DNA of 64,000 bases from Mobula birostris (lineage: Eukaryota), in contig NC_092383.1 of assembly GCF_030028105.1 (NCBI RefSeq), forward strand, positions 87,873,921 through 87,937,920, written 5' to 3'. Of the stretch, positions 1 to 12,570 are shown piece by piece; the first letter of the stretch is position 1, and each line of letters begins with the position of its first letter. The position numbers and the translations under genes were made by a program. Below the pieces are notes generated by a model. That model did no database searches and was not told the DNA's origin. It saw only the letters and a program-made list of their open reading frames with translations.

Positions 1-329
1 GAAAAATAACCCTCCAATTCATCCCTCTGACTCCATCCACCAGAACAATTCTATATCCTCCACTTCAGCTGGCTGCAAATTCTACACTCTCACCAACCTC
101 TGATTGAAGAAGTTCACCCTCATATTCCCCTTAAACATTTCACTGTTCACACCTAACCCATGACCTCAAGTTCTAGTCTCACCCAACTTCAGTGGAAAAT
201 AGCTTGTGAGCATTTACCCTGTCTAAACCCCTCATAATTTTGTAAACCTCTATCAAGTCTCGCTTCATTTCTCAATGCAACAGGGAATGAAGTCCTAACA
301 TTTTCATATACCGTCTAGGTAGTCTCCAG

Positions 330-710
330 CCCCTTGGTATGAACATAGAATTCTCCAACTTCTGGTAATTCCCTCCCGCTCCCCTCCTCTATCCCTATGT
401 CACTCTGCCCCCTCCTCCAGCTGCCTATCACCTCCCTCATGGTTCCGCCTCCTTCTACTACCCATTGTGATTTCTTCTATTCCTTCCTCACCTCCCTGCT
501 TCCCCTCCCCCATCCCTTTATCCTTTCCCTTACTGGTTTTTCACCTGGAACCTACCAGCCTTCTCCTCTCCACCCTCCCCCCACCTCCTTTATAGGGCCT
601 CTGCCCCTTCCCTCTACAGCCCTGACGAAGGGTTCCGGCCCGAAACGCCGACCGATCTTTTCCACGGATGCTGCCCGACCTGCTGAGTTCCTCCAGCGTG
701 TGTGAGTGTT
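330..710 (+). mobile_element. Penelope-like element 3' remnant (pyrimidine-rich tract + hammerhead-like terminal repeat)
   Basis: C/T-rich tract followed by cctgacgaagggttccggcccgaaacgccgac...gatgctgcccgacctgctgagttcctccagc; same family as the GIY-YIG remnant at 18300-18620. Confidence 0.7.
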
Positions 711-1584
711 ACCCTAACATTTTCAACCTCTCCCTACACTGTTTTGCTTACTGATTACTCTGTGAGCAATAATTATATTTTCTTGGTCCATCAGGAACAC
801 CGAGCAGAAAATTCACTACATTTGGGCTCTGACCCGCTGGATAGTCTTTGGAGTTCTGGTTCTTTGCACCGTTTCAATACTTTGCATGACAGCTTTTCAA
901 AGGTATATTGTTTCCAATCTCTTCATTTCTATGTTCACATTAAATGCAATCAAAGGCAGAATCTGAAGAGTTGCTGTAAATTCCCTGAGATAACTGCTTC
1001 ACACAGAACAGATTATAACCTGCACATTAAGTCAAAGTTCAGTTTATTGTTATTTGCATAGATACCTGCGTGCACAAGTTCAACGAAGAACATGCAGCAG
1101 CAACGCAGACACAGAGTATCAGGTGCACAACATTAAAACATGAATTATATAAAACTATAAAAGAAAGAACTCAATTAGACAAAAAAATCAATTATTGCAA
1201 AGACGTCAAAGTGATCATATAGTTGCCATACAGTAATGCCTCAAAAAGTGGCGTCCATTATTAAGGCCTCCCATCACCTAGCACGCGACCTCTTCTACAA
1301 GAGACACAGGATCCTGAAGGCACACACTCACCAATAGAATTCTCACCAATACAATACCAATTCTCCCCCTCTGCCATCTGATTTCTGAATCAAAATTGAA
1401 CCCATAAACTTACCTTACTGCTTTTTTTCAGCACTACTTATTTAATTTCACTATTTTACATATATATACTTACTGTAATCCAGTTTTTTATTCTTATATA
1501 TTGCAATGTCCTGCTGCTGCAAAAACAACAAATTTTACGATATATGCTAGAGATATTAAACCTGATTCTGATTCTGATTACAGA

Positions 1585-1800
1585 GTGCCACGTTATTGTA
1601 GCAGTTAGCGTGATGTTATTACAGCTCGGGGTGGCAGAGCTCAGAATTCAATTCCTGTATCCTCATTAAGGAAACCTGTAGGTCTTTCCCAAGTGCACGT
1701 GGGTTTCCTTGAGTGCTGTGATTTCCTCCCACAGTCCAAAGACATACCAGTTCGTAGGTTAATTAGTCTATGTAAGTTGCTCTATGATAAACCTGGGGCT
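1585..1800 (+). mobile_element. HE1/V-SINE-like tRNA-derived SINE
   Basis: Degenerate tRNA head followed by gtgggtttccttgagtgctgtgatttcctcccacagtccaaagac, which resembles the V-SINE central domain. Confidence 0.65.
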
Positions 1801-1889
1801 GAAGAGGTGGATTACTGACCGGCACAACTCATAGGGCCAGAAGAGCCTGTTCCACACTGTATCTCTAAATAAATGAATACTGAGATAGA

Positions 1890-2230
1890 GATTACGGTTC
1901 TGCAGTTCCTTCAAGAACCAAATGGTTGAACCTTGAACCTGGTGATGTCAAACTTCAGGCTTCTGTACCTCCTGTCCGATGGTAGCTGTGATAAATGCAT
2001 AGTCCAAATGATGGATCTTGCACGATGGTTGTTGCCTTCACAAGGCTCCGGCACCTGTAGATATGCCCAGTGGTGGGGAAGGATGTTCCCATGATGTAAT
2101 AGGCAAAGTCCACTACCCTCTTCAGCTACTTATTTTTCTGCAATTACCAGACCACGATGTAACAAGTCAAGATACTTTCAAAAGTACATATTTAGAAGCT
2201 TGTTAGAGAGCTCCTTGAAATATTGAATCT
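1890..2230 (-). mobile_element. Rex1/Babar-type LINE RT fragment
   Basis: Antisense segments of the same family as the better-preserved copy at 30620-31610. Confidence 0.5.
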
Positions 2231-3699
2231 CTTTGACTTTCTTTGGCATGCAATTCTTGTGATTGTATCTACTAACCATTATCCTTGGAGTGAAACAGCA
2301 GCGGCGACACACAAATGGTTATACGCCTGAACAAAATGTGTATAGACCATATGAGAAGAATAATATTGAAATGAAGGCTAATAACTGTATTTGAATTCAG
2401 ATTCACATGTACATTGCAACATACAATGAAATGCATCATTTCTATTAACAACCAGCACACACAGGGACATTCACAAGTGTCACCACACATTATGGTAACA
2501 AAATAGTATTCCACATTTCTCCGCAGAACAATGTAAGCAACAACCGGAACAACAACAACAAAACAAATCAATAACAGCAAAACTAGTCCCTTTCCCGTCC
2601 CTTCCATACACTAACTCACCACCCCACCCCACACACATAGACAATCAGGCCTGCAACCCAGGCCAGGCCACCTCAAGGCCTTCAGTCCTTGAGCCAGATT
2701 CTCAAACTCAATCTATAAAAATTATTCTTCTGATGAAATGGCACTGCACACTCATGCTTAGCTTTTCAGGGCTAGAGAGGGTGGTCACCATTTGGAGACA
2801 TACAAATCTCATCACATGCATGCCCTGACACTACGCTTCCATTTACCTCCAATCTAATTTCACCATACCCTTCTGACATGTTACTAGACAGCTCCCCCAC
2901 CCCACCCACTCCCCAAACAACTTTATGGCACTTCACTCACAACTCCTGCAGCAAACAGCTCAGTCTTCTCCCTTTGGACCCACCAGCCTGCACATCATCC
3001 AACATCCACACACCACGCACTACAGCCCCAAGAAAGCCCCACAGTTTAACAGACTCACACACCAGCCCACCAAGACACCATCCACACCCACCACCACATA
3101 AATCCATCCATCCCTGACACTCCACCTGGAGACTATCAACAGTGTCTCTTGATGAGAAATATCATCAATCACATTGCAAATTCTCACCTCTTAATCAGTG
3201 ACTTTCTGTTTTGCTAGACAAGCAAATGAGAAAATCCATGAAAAACAGAACCTACGACTAAGACAAATCAGCCCAGTTTCCAGACCAGAGATTCGCTGAA
3301 AGGACCGGTAGTATTTTGACCTGAACTCACAAGTTGCTCTCAGTGATGTGAAATGTTTTACTTTTTACCAAATGAAAGATTGCGTAAAATTTTGCACAAA
3401 CAATACTGGTCAAAATAATCCAGATTGAATAAAGATGACTGGACTTTGTAAACGCTATTGACCAATCCTTTGTAATAATGCAACAACAGGAATATGGTAG
3501 ACAAGTCCCAAGGTGCTCCATAACAGTGTCGTCAGAATTTGCCACTGAATCACAAGACCTGTTATAAGCACACGTGACCCAGCGCTCAGTCAACGAGCTG
3601 GGATTAAATGAGCATCATCAACAGAGACTGAGAGACTTCAGCTTTGAATCCAGAACTCAGAGCCTGGACTGATGAAGATATGGCCACCAGAGAAAGAAG

Positions 3700-4115
3700 A
3701 ATTAAGATCAGAGATGTTCTAGTCATCTAACTCCAGGAAATATATCTACAGGAAAATCTGTAGATTTGGACTCTCAGGTTTATGATATGTTCTAGTTCTG
3801 GTCATGGTTTTTTGTTACTGCTTTTGGGACATTTTTGAATCAGGGTGGCCTGCAGATAATGGAACACTGAGCTAAACTGTACTGAGATATGCCTCTTGAA
3901 TTTGTGTCTTTATATTCCCTGCTTTTGCTCGTTTTTTTTTTGTCAGTGCTTGCGTGATTTTTATGCGCATGAGGGAGGGGGCTTTGATTCTTTTTCAAAG
4001 GGTTGGTTCTGTAGTTTTGTTCTGTGATGGTCTGTGGAGAAGACGAATTTCAGGGCTGTATACTGCATACATACATTGATAATAAATGTACTTTTGACCT
4101 TTAATAAGATTGCAA
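3700..4115 (+). mobile_element. Non-autonomous LINE-derived repeat (tail ...gttgtatactg...ataataaatgtactttg)
   Basis: The 3' tail is shared with 46300-46410 (+) and 7520-7620 (-). Confidence 0.5.
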
Positions 4116-4335
4116 GACAGAAGAGAAAATTTACAAGGACGTTGCTGGGACTTGACAACCAGAGTTATCAGGAAACGTTGAACAGGATCAGACTTTGTTC
4201 CCTGGACCATTTGAGATTAAGGGGAGATTTGATAGAGGTATACAAAATGATAAGAGTAAATACAAGCAGGCTCTTTCTACTGAGGTTCGGTGAGACAAGA
4301 ACTAGAGGTCATGATTAAGGGTGAAAGGTGAAATG
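4116..4335 (+). mobile_element. CR1 LINE ORF2 3' fragment
   Basis: LRGDLIEVYKMIR...GETRTRGH, the CR1 ORF2 C-terminal motif. Confidence 0.85.
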
Positions 4336-6610
4336 ATTGAGTTCAGTTTCAAATTTGAAAAGAAGAAGCTGGTATCAGGTGTATCGATATTTCAGTGGAA
4401 CAGGGAAAATTACAGTGGTATGAGAGAGGAACTGGCCCAAGTCAATTGGAAAAGTAAACTAAATGGAGGGACGGCAGAGCAGAATCGGATGAAATTCCTA
4501 AAGGAAATAAGGAAAATGCAGGAAAAATATATTCCAAGAAAAAAGAAAATCATGAATGGAAAAATGGCACAAATGTGGCTAACGAGAGAGGTTAAGGCAA
4601 AAATAAAAGCAAAAGAAACGGCATACAAGGAAGCAAAAATTAGTGGGAAAAATGAGGACTGGAAGACCTTTAAAAACTTACAGAAAGAAACTAAGAAGGT
4701 CATTAGGAAAGAAAAGATGAATTATGAAAGGAAGCTGGCGATTAACAGAAAAAAGGATACTGAGAGTTTTTTTAAATATAGGAAGAGTAAAAGAGTGACA
4801 AAGGTAGATATGGGACCAATTGAAAATGATGCTGGAGTAATTATAATGGATAACAAAGAGATGGCGGAGGAACTGAATGAGTATTTTGCATCAGTCTTCA
4901 CAGTGGAACACATGAGCAATATACCTGATAGCCAGAGGTATCAGGGAATAGAATTAGATACAGTCAAGATAACTAGAGAGAAAGTGCTTGGGAAGCTAAG
5001 TGGACTAAGAATAGATAAGTCTCCCGGCCCGGATGAGGTGCACCCAAGGGTTCTGAAGGAGGTGGCTTTGGAGATTGTGGAAGCATTGGAAATGATCTTC
5101 CAGGAATCAATAGACTCTGGCATGGTTCCGGAGCACTGGAAGGTCGCAAATGTAGTTCCGCTATTTAAGAAAGGAAGGAGACATCAAAAAGAAAATTACA
5201 GACCTATTAGTCTGACATCAGTGGTTGGAAAGATATTGGAGTCAATCCTCAAGGACGAGGTTATGAAATACCTCGAGATGCATGACAAGATAGGCCGAAG
5301 CCAGCATGGTTTCATGAAGGGAAGATCCTGCCTTACCAATTTATTGGAATTTTTTGAGGTAATCTCGAATAAGATTGACAAGGGAGAGGCTGTGGATGTT
5401 GTGTATTTGGATTTTCAAAAGGCCTTCGATAAGGTGCCGCATATGAGGCTGCTTAATAAGATGCCAGCCCATGGAATTATAGGAAAGATATTGAAATGGG
5501 TGGAGCATTGGCTGATAGGCAGAAAGCAAAGGGTGGGAATAAAGGGATCCTATTCTGATTGGTTGCCGGTTACTAGTGGTGTTCCACAGGGGTCGGTGTT
5601 GGGGCTGCTTCTTTTTACAATGTATATCGATGAACTGGATTATGGATTAAATAGTTTTGTGGCCAAGTTTGCGGATGACACCAAGATAGGTGGAGGAGCA
5701 GGAAATGTTGAAGAAACGGAAAGGTTGTAGAGAGACTTAGTCAGTTTAGGAGAGTGGGCAAAGAAATGACAGATGAGATACAATGTTGACAAATGTACGG
5801 TTGTACATTTCGGAAGAAGAAATAATCGGGCAGATTATTATTTAGATGGGGAGAAAATTCAAAAATCGGAAGTGCAAAGGGACTTGGGGGCCCTCGTGCA
5901 GGATACCCTAAAGGTTAACCACCAAGTTGGATTGTCAGTAAGGAAAGCAAATGCTATGTTGGCATTCATTTCAAGAGGAATAGTGTATAAGGGTAAGGAG
6001 GTGTTGATGAGGCTCTATGGGGCATTAGTGAGACCTCATTTGGAATACTGTGTGCAGTTTTGGGCCCCCTATCTTAGAAAGGATATACCGATGTTGGAGA
6101 GAGCTCAGAGAAGATTTACGAGGATGATTCCTGGAATGCAGGGGCTAACATATAAGAAGCGTCTGTCGGCTCTTGGATTTTATTCATTAGAGCATAGAAG
6201 AATGAGAGGGGATCTCATAGAAACGTTTCGAATGTTGAAAGGGTTGGACAGAGTAGATGTGGAAAGTTTGTTTCCCTTGGTGGGTGAGTCCAGGACAAGA
6301 GGCCATAGTCTTAGAATTAGAGGGTACCCAGTTAAAACAGAGATGAGGAGAAATTTTTTTAGCCAGAGGGTCGTGGATTTGTGGAATTCGTTGCCACCTA
6401 TGGCTGTGGAGGCCCGATCATTGAGGGTGTTTAAGGAGGAGATTGACAGGTATCTAATTAGTCAGGGTATCAAGGGATATGGGGAAAACGCCGGAAATTG
6501 GAACTAGATGGGTGAATAGTTTAGCTCATGGGGGAGCTGCGGAGCAGACTCGGTGGGCCGAATGGTCTACTTCTGCTCCTTTGTCTTGTGATCTTGTGAT
6601 CTTGTTTAAG
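4336..6610 (+). mobile_element. 5'-truncated CR1 LINE; ORF2 (RT) broken only by two nonsense codons
   Basis: ORFs 4321-5730 and 5773-6507 are in the same frame, with [47 protein letters not shown] and RGDLIE motifs; (tgtgatct)n tail at about 6585-6605. Confidence 0.95.
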
Positions 6611-8186
6611 GGAAAGATGAGGGGGAAGTTCTTCACTCAGAGGTTGGTTATAGTGTGGAACAAGCTGCCAGCAGAAGAGATGGATGTTGGTTTTGTTTTC
6701 AACTTTTCTGAGATATTAGGATAGGTAAATGGTGGGAAGGGGTCACGGCAGCAAAATAGTTCAGAATGGGTTTGTACTGTAGTGCTCTATGACTCTATGT
6801 TCAAGAACACAGAGTCAATACCTTAGGGAGTCTGTTCTTGTTGCCAACTGCACAATATTGTAGGGAACACCATGTACATGAATGGAAATTGGTCAATCCA
6901 CATGATGCTGATGCAGGGTTCCCATTTATCAAGCCTGTTGTGGCTGGGAATTCCCAGGACAGTTACAATTCCTGACACTGAGTGACCAGTGATGTCAACA
7001 GCAATTAATTCCAATTAATGGAAGATGTACTGGGTAGGCTAAAGCTTCAACAAAAAGGCAAGACACACCTGCCTTCTCCCCAATGCCCACTCACAGGCAG
7101 ACATCCCAAAGATGAGTGACCATGAGATCTGAACACAATGCTCCCCACAGTCCATCCCCTCCACAAATGTCTATAATTTAAATATGACTCAATTTTTTCC
7201 TACTCAGAGCCTCAATGCCCCTTGTCCACCTAATCCTGCCAGCTTTGCCCTTCTCTCTAACTGGAATACGTTGGCTCTGAATTCTCCCTATTTCACATTT
7301 AAAGTCCTCCCAATTGCCAGCCATCTCTCTATCTGTAGGCAGCTTCTCCCAATCAATCTTTCCAAATTCCTATCTAATACCATTCAGAATTAGCATTGCC
7401 CCAAATTAGGATTTCAACTATGGAGCAGACATATATTTTTCTATAACTATTTTAATGCTCATAGAATTACGGTCACTGGTCTCAAATGCTCCCCCTACTG
7501 CAATTCAGTTATCTTCTCCCACCTCATTTCAATGTTCAAAATAAATTTTATTATCAAAGTACATGTATGTCACCAGATACAACCCTGAGATTAATTTCCT
7601 TGAGGGCATACTCAATAAACCTCAAGAATAACATACTGATGAAGATATGGCCACCAGAGGAAGAACAATCAATGAAAAACCACCCTATCAGGGTGTTCAA
7701 ACAGAGTGCAGAAGACGATAAACTGTGCAAATACAAAAAGATGAAATAATAATAAATAAATAAATATCAAGCACATGAGATGAAATGTCCTTGAAAGTGA
7801 GTCCAATGGTTGGCAGAACATTGCAATGATGGGGCAATTGAAATTGAGTGAAGTTATCCACTTTGTTTCAAGAGCCTGATGGTTGAGGGATAGTTACTGT
7901 TCCTGAACCTGATGGTGTGATTCCTGAGGCTCTTGTACCTTCTTCCTGATGGCAGCAGCAAGAAGACTGCATGTCTGAGATGGTAGGGGTCCCTGATGAT
8001 AAATGCTGCTTTGCTGCAACAGGGTTTTATGTGGATGTGCTCAATGGTCCTTTACTCATGAAGGACGAGGCCATATCGACTACCTTTTGTAGGACTTTCT
8101 GTTCAAGTGCATTGGTGTTGGTCAACTGTTGCCCCCTCTCCAGTAGGGCAATCTACATATTTCTTGAGAAAACATTCCTGGACAAT

Positions 8187-8362
8187 AAACACAAAATGCT
8201 GGGGGAAATCAGCAGTTCAGGCAGCATCTATGAAAATGAAGAAATTGTCAACATTTCAGGCCAAGGCCTGATGAAGGGTTTCAGCCTGAAACATTGACTG
8301 CTTATTAACTTCCTTGGCGCTGCCTGAACTGCAGGGTTCTTTCATCATTTTGTGTGTATTCC
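8187..8362. mobile_element. Old inverted pair of Penelope terminal repeats
   Basis: Antisense arm (aaacacaaaatgctgg...aacatttcaggcc) is followed directly by a sense arm (cctgatgaagggtttcagcctgaaacattgac...cattttgtgtgt). Confidence 0.65.
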
Positions 8363-8959
8363 AGTGAAAGCATTTCTTGTGCTACTGATTTCCTAGAAAA
8401 TTCTGCCCCATGCTAGTCCTTAGCAGCGTGGCAGTCCCAGTCAATATTAGGAAAGTTAAAATTGTTTGTGCTCTTACAGCTATCTGTGATTGCCAACATA
8501 TTTGCTCCTGTAATTCCCGCTGACTATTGAGGCTATGATAACATTCCTTCAAAGTGATCACTCCCTTCTTATTTCTGAATTCCATCCACACTGCCTCACT
8601 GGATGATCCATCAGGAATATCCTCTCCAAGTACCACTGTGATGTACTTCCGAGTCAGAAACACAACTAGGGTCTCAGCCCAAAGAGTTGATTACTTTTTT
8701 CCATAGATGCTGCCTGGTCTGCTGAGTTCCTCCAGCATTTTATGTGTGTTCAGTGAATGTCACAGGTAAGTTCTTTGCACAGATTTTGGTGAGTGCATGG
8801 AATGCCTGCCAGGGGTGGTTGTAGAGGCAGATATATTAGGGGCATTTAAGAAACTCTTAATGTGGATGCTAGGAAAATGGAGGGCTATGTAGAGGGGAAG
8901 GATTAGATTAATCTTCCTAGGTTAAAAGGACATGGGCCAAAGGGCCTGTTCTATGTTTA

Positions 8960-9570
8960 TATCAAAAATGTCGTCTCCTCTTTGTTCACAATCAACTCTG
9001 GTACACCACAAGAATACATGCTTAACTCACTGCTCTACTCTGTCTTCACACATGACTGTGTGGCTGGGCAGAGATCAAATTCCATCTATAAACTTGCCGA
9101 TGACACACATATTGTCGGTGAAATTTCAGACAGTGATGGGGAGATGTAGAGGAGCAAGATAGATCAGCTGAATGTGTGTTGTCGAGACAACAATCTTGCA
9201 CACAATGTCAGTAAGACCAAGGAATTGATTGTGGTCTTCAGGAAGGAAAAGTTGAAGAAACACACACCCGTCCTTATCAACGGATCAGCAGTGGAAAGAA
9301 TGAACAGATTCAAGTTCCTGGGAGTCAACGCCTCTGAAGCTCGGTCCTGGGCCCAACACATTGATACATTTACAAGGAAGGGATGACAGCAGCAATATAT
9401 CATTAGGACTTTGAGGAGACTTGTTGGGTCACCAAAGCGTCTGTTTGCATCACCATCTTGTATGGCGGGATCATTATACAGGATCAGAAAAAAGCTGCAG
9501 GAAGTTGTAAGTTCAGCCATCTTCATCATGGCCCTCCCCAGCATTGAGGGCACCTTGAAAAAGTAATACC
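8960..9570 (+). mobile_element. Rex1/Babar-type LINE RT fragment
   Basis: NNLAHNVSKTKELIVVFRK...FKFLGV motif (ORF 9174-9386). Confidence 0.8.
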
Positions 9571-9579
9571 TCAGAAACG

Positions 9580-12570
9580 ATGCTGACGATATTGTAATGA
9601 GAGATGCAGAGATGGCAGAGGCAGTGAATGCGTATTTTGCATCAGTCTTCACAGTGGAAGACGTCTGCAATATGCCGGACATTCATGACTGTTAGGGAAG
9701 TGAAGTTTGTCTGGTGAAAATTACGACTGAGAAGGTGCTCAGGAAACTTTATGGTCTGAGAGTGGATAAATCTCCTCAACCTGATGGAATGCACCCTCCG
9801 GTTCTGAAGGAAGTAGCTGGAGAGATTGGGGAGGCATTAACAATGATCTTTCAAGAATCAGTAGATACTGGCATTGTAACGGATGGCTGGAAAATTTCAA
9901 ATATTACTCTGCTATTTAAGAAGGGTTGGAGGCAGCAAAAAGGAAACTATAGACCTGTTAGCCTGACATCAATGGTTGGGAAGTTGTTGGAATCGATTGT
10001 TAGGGATGAGATTACGGAGTACCTGGAGGCACATAACAAGATAGGCCAAAGCCAGCATGGTTTCCTGAAAGGAAAATCCTGCCTGACAAGCCTACTGCAA
10101 TTCTTTGAGGAAATTATGAGCAGATTAGACAAGGGAGATGCAGCAGACTTGGGAAATCTTTGATTTTCAGAAGGCCTTTGACAAGGTGCCGCACATGAGG
10201 CTGCTTAGCAAGATAGAGCCCATGGAATTACAAGGGTGTTACTACCGTGGGTGGAGCATTGGCTGGTCAGCAGAAAACAGAGAGTGGGATTAAAGGGATC
10301 CTATTCTGGCTGGCTGCCAATTACCAGTGATTTCACAGGGGTCGATGTTGGGACCGCTGCTTTTTACGATGTATGTCAATCATTACCAGGAAAGTGGATG
10401 AAGGGAAGGCAGTGGATATTGTCTACATGGACTTCAGTAAGGCCCTTGACAAGGTTCTGCGTGGGAGGTTAGTTAGGAAAATTCAGTCGCTAGGTATACA
10501 TGGAGAGGTGGTAAATTGGATTAGACATTGGCTCAATGGAAGAAGCCAAAGAGTGGTGGTAGAGAATTGTTTCTCCGAGTAGAGGCCTGTGACTAGTGGT
10601 GTGCCACAGGGATCAGTGCTGGGTCCATTGTTATTTGTCATCTATATCAATGATCTGGATGATAATGTAGTAAATTGGATCAGCAAATTTGCTGATGATA
10701 TAAAGACTGGAGGTGTAGTAGACAGTGAGGAAGGTTTTCAGAGCCTGCAGAGGGACTTGGACCAGCTGGAAAAATGGGCTGAAAAATGGCAGATGGAGTT
10801 TAATACTGACAAGTGTGAGGTATTGCACGTTGGAAGGACAAACCAACGTAGAACATACAGGGTTAATGGTAAGGCACTGAGGAGTGCAGTGGAACAGAGG
10901 GATCTGGGAATACAGATACAAAATTCCCTAAAAGTGGCATCACAGGTAGATAGGGTCGTAAAGAGAGCTTTTGGTACATTGGCCTTTATTAATCAAAGTA
11001 TTGAGTATAAGAGCTGGAATGTTGTGATGAGGTTGTATAAGGCATTGGTGAGGCCGAATCTGGAGTATTGTGCTCAGTTTTGGTCACCAAATTACAGGAA
11101 GGATATAAATAAGGTTGAAAGAGTGCAGAGAAGGTTTAAAAGGATGTTGCCGGGACTTGAGAAACTCAGTTACAGAGAAAGGTTGAATAGGTTAGGACTT
11201 TATTCCCTGGAGCGTAGAAGAATGAGGGGAGATCTCATAGAGGTATATAAAATTATGATGAGTATAGATAGAGTGAATGCAAGCAGGCTTTTTCCACTGA
11301 GGCAAGGGGAGAAAAAAACCAGAGGACATGGGTTAAGGGTGAGGGGGGGGAAGTTTAAAGGGAACATTAGTGGGGGCTTCTTCACACAGAGAGTGGTGGG
11401 AGTATGGAATGAGCTGCCAGACGAGGTGGTAAATGCGGGTTCTTTTTTAACATTTAAGAATAAATTGGACAGATACATGGATGGGAGGTGTATGGAGGGA
11501 TATGGTCCGTGTGCAGGTCAGTGGGACTAGGCAGAAAATGGTTTGGCACAGCCAAGAAGGGCCAAAAGGCCTGTTTCTGTGCTGAAGTTTCTATGGCTCT
11601 ATGGTTCTAATTTGGACTATGGTATTAATGGATTTGTGGCTAAATTTACCAATGATACAAAGATAGGTGGAGGAGCGGGTAGTGTTGAGGAAACAAAGAG
11701 CCTGCAGAGAGACTGAGATAGTTTAGGGGAATGGGCAAAGAAGTGGCAAGTGAAATACAATGTTGGAAAGTGTAGGGTCATGCACTTTGATGGAAAAAAT
11801 AAATAGGCAGACTATTATTTAGATGGAGAGAGAATTCAAAATGCAGAAATGCAGAGGGACTTAGGAGTCCTTGTGCAAGATACCCTAAAGGTTAACCTCC
11901 AGGTTGAGTCATTTGAGAAGAAGGCGAATGCGATGTTGGTATTCATTTCTCGAAGTATAGAATATAACAGCAGGGATGTGATGTTGAAGATCTATAAGGC
12001 ACTCATGAGACCACACTTAGAGTATTGTGCGCAGTTTTGGGCTCCTTATTTTAGAAAGGATATACTGACATTGGACCGGATTCAGAGAAGATTCACGAGA
12101 ATGATTCCAGGAATGAAAGGGTTACCGTATGAGGAATGTCTGTCCCCTCTTGGGCTGAATTCCCTGGAGTTCAGGAGAATGATGGGGGGATCTCATAGAA
12201 ACATTCCGATTGTTAGAAGACCTGAACAGATTAGATATGGCAGTTATTTCCCATGGTAGGAGATTCTAGGACAAGCGGGCATGACTTCAGGATTGAAGGA
12301 CGTTCATTTAGAACAGAGATGCAGAGAAATTACTTTAGTCAGAGGGTGGTAAATCTGTGGAATTTGTTGCCATGAGAGGCTGTGGAGGTCAAGTCATTGG
12401 GTATGTTTAAAGGAGAGATAGATAGGTTCTTGATTAGCCAGGGCATCAACGGGTATGGGATGAAAGCCGGGGACTGGGGATGACTGGAAAAATTGGATCA
12501 GCCCATGATTGAATAACAGAGCAGACTCGATGTGCCGAATGACCTACTTCTGCTCCTATATCTTATGGTC
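9580..12570 (+). mobile_element. CR1 LINE (decayed) interrupted by a second CR1 at about 10381-11608
   Basis: RT motifs run to ...tttacgatgtatgtcaat (10380) and resume at atttggactatggtattaatgg (about 11610), continuing to a CR1 3' end at about 12570. Confidence 0.9.
10381..11608 (+). mobile_element. Younger 5'-truncated CR1 nested in the above
   Basis: ORFs 10373-10582 and 10589-11530 are in one frame with a single TAG; [27 protein letters not shown]; (ctatggtt)-type tail at about 11590-11608. Confidence 0.92.

Noticed and set aside
3218-3261. Possible terminal exon of an upstream paralogue (ttttgctag|ACAAGC...TAA)
   Set aside because: Short, with no recognisable motif and no partner exons found.
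4321-6507. Long RT ORFs as host genes or as retron/DGR-type systems
   Set aside because: Motifs and 3' tails are those of CR1 LINEs, present in many decayed copies in the window.
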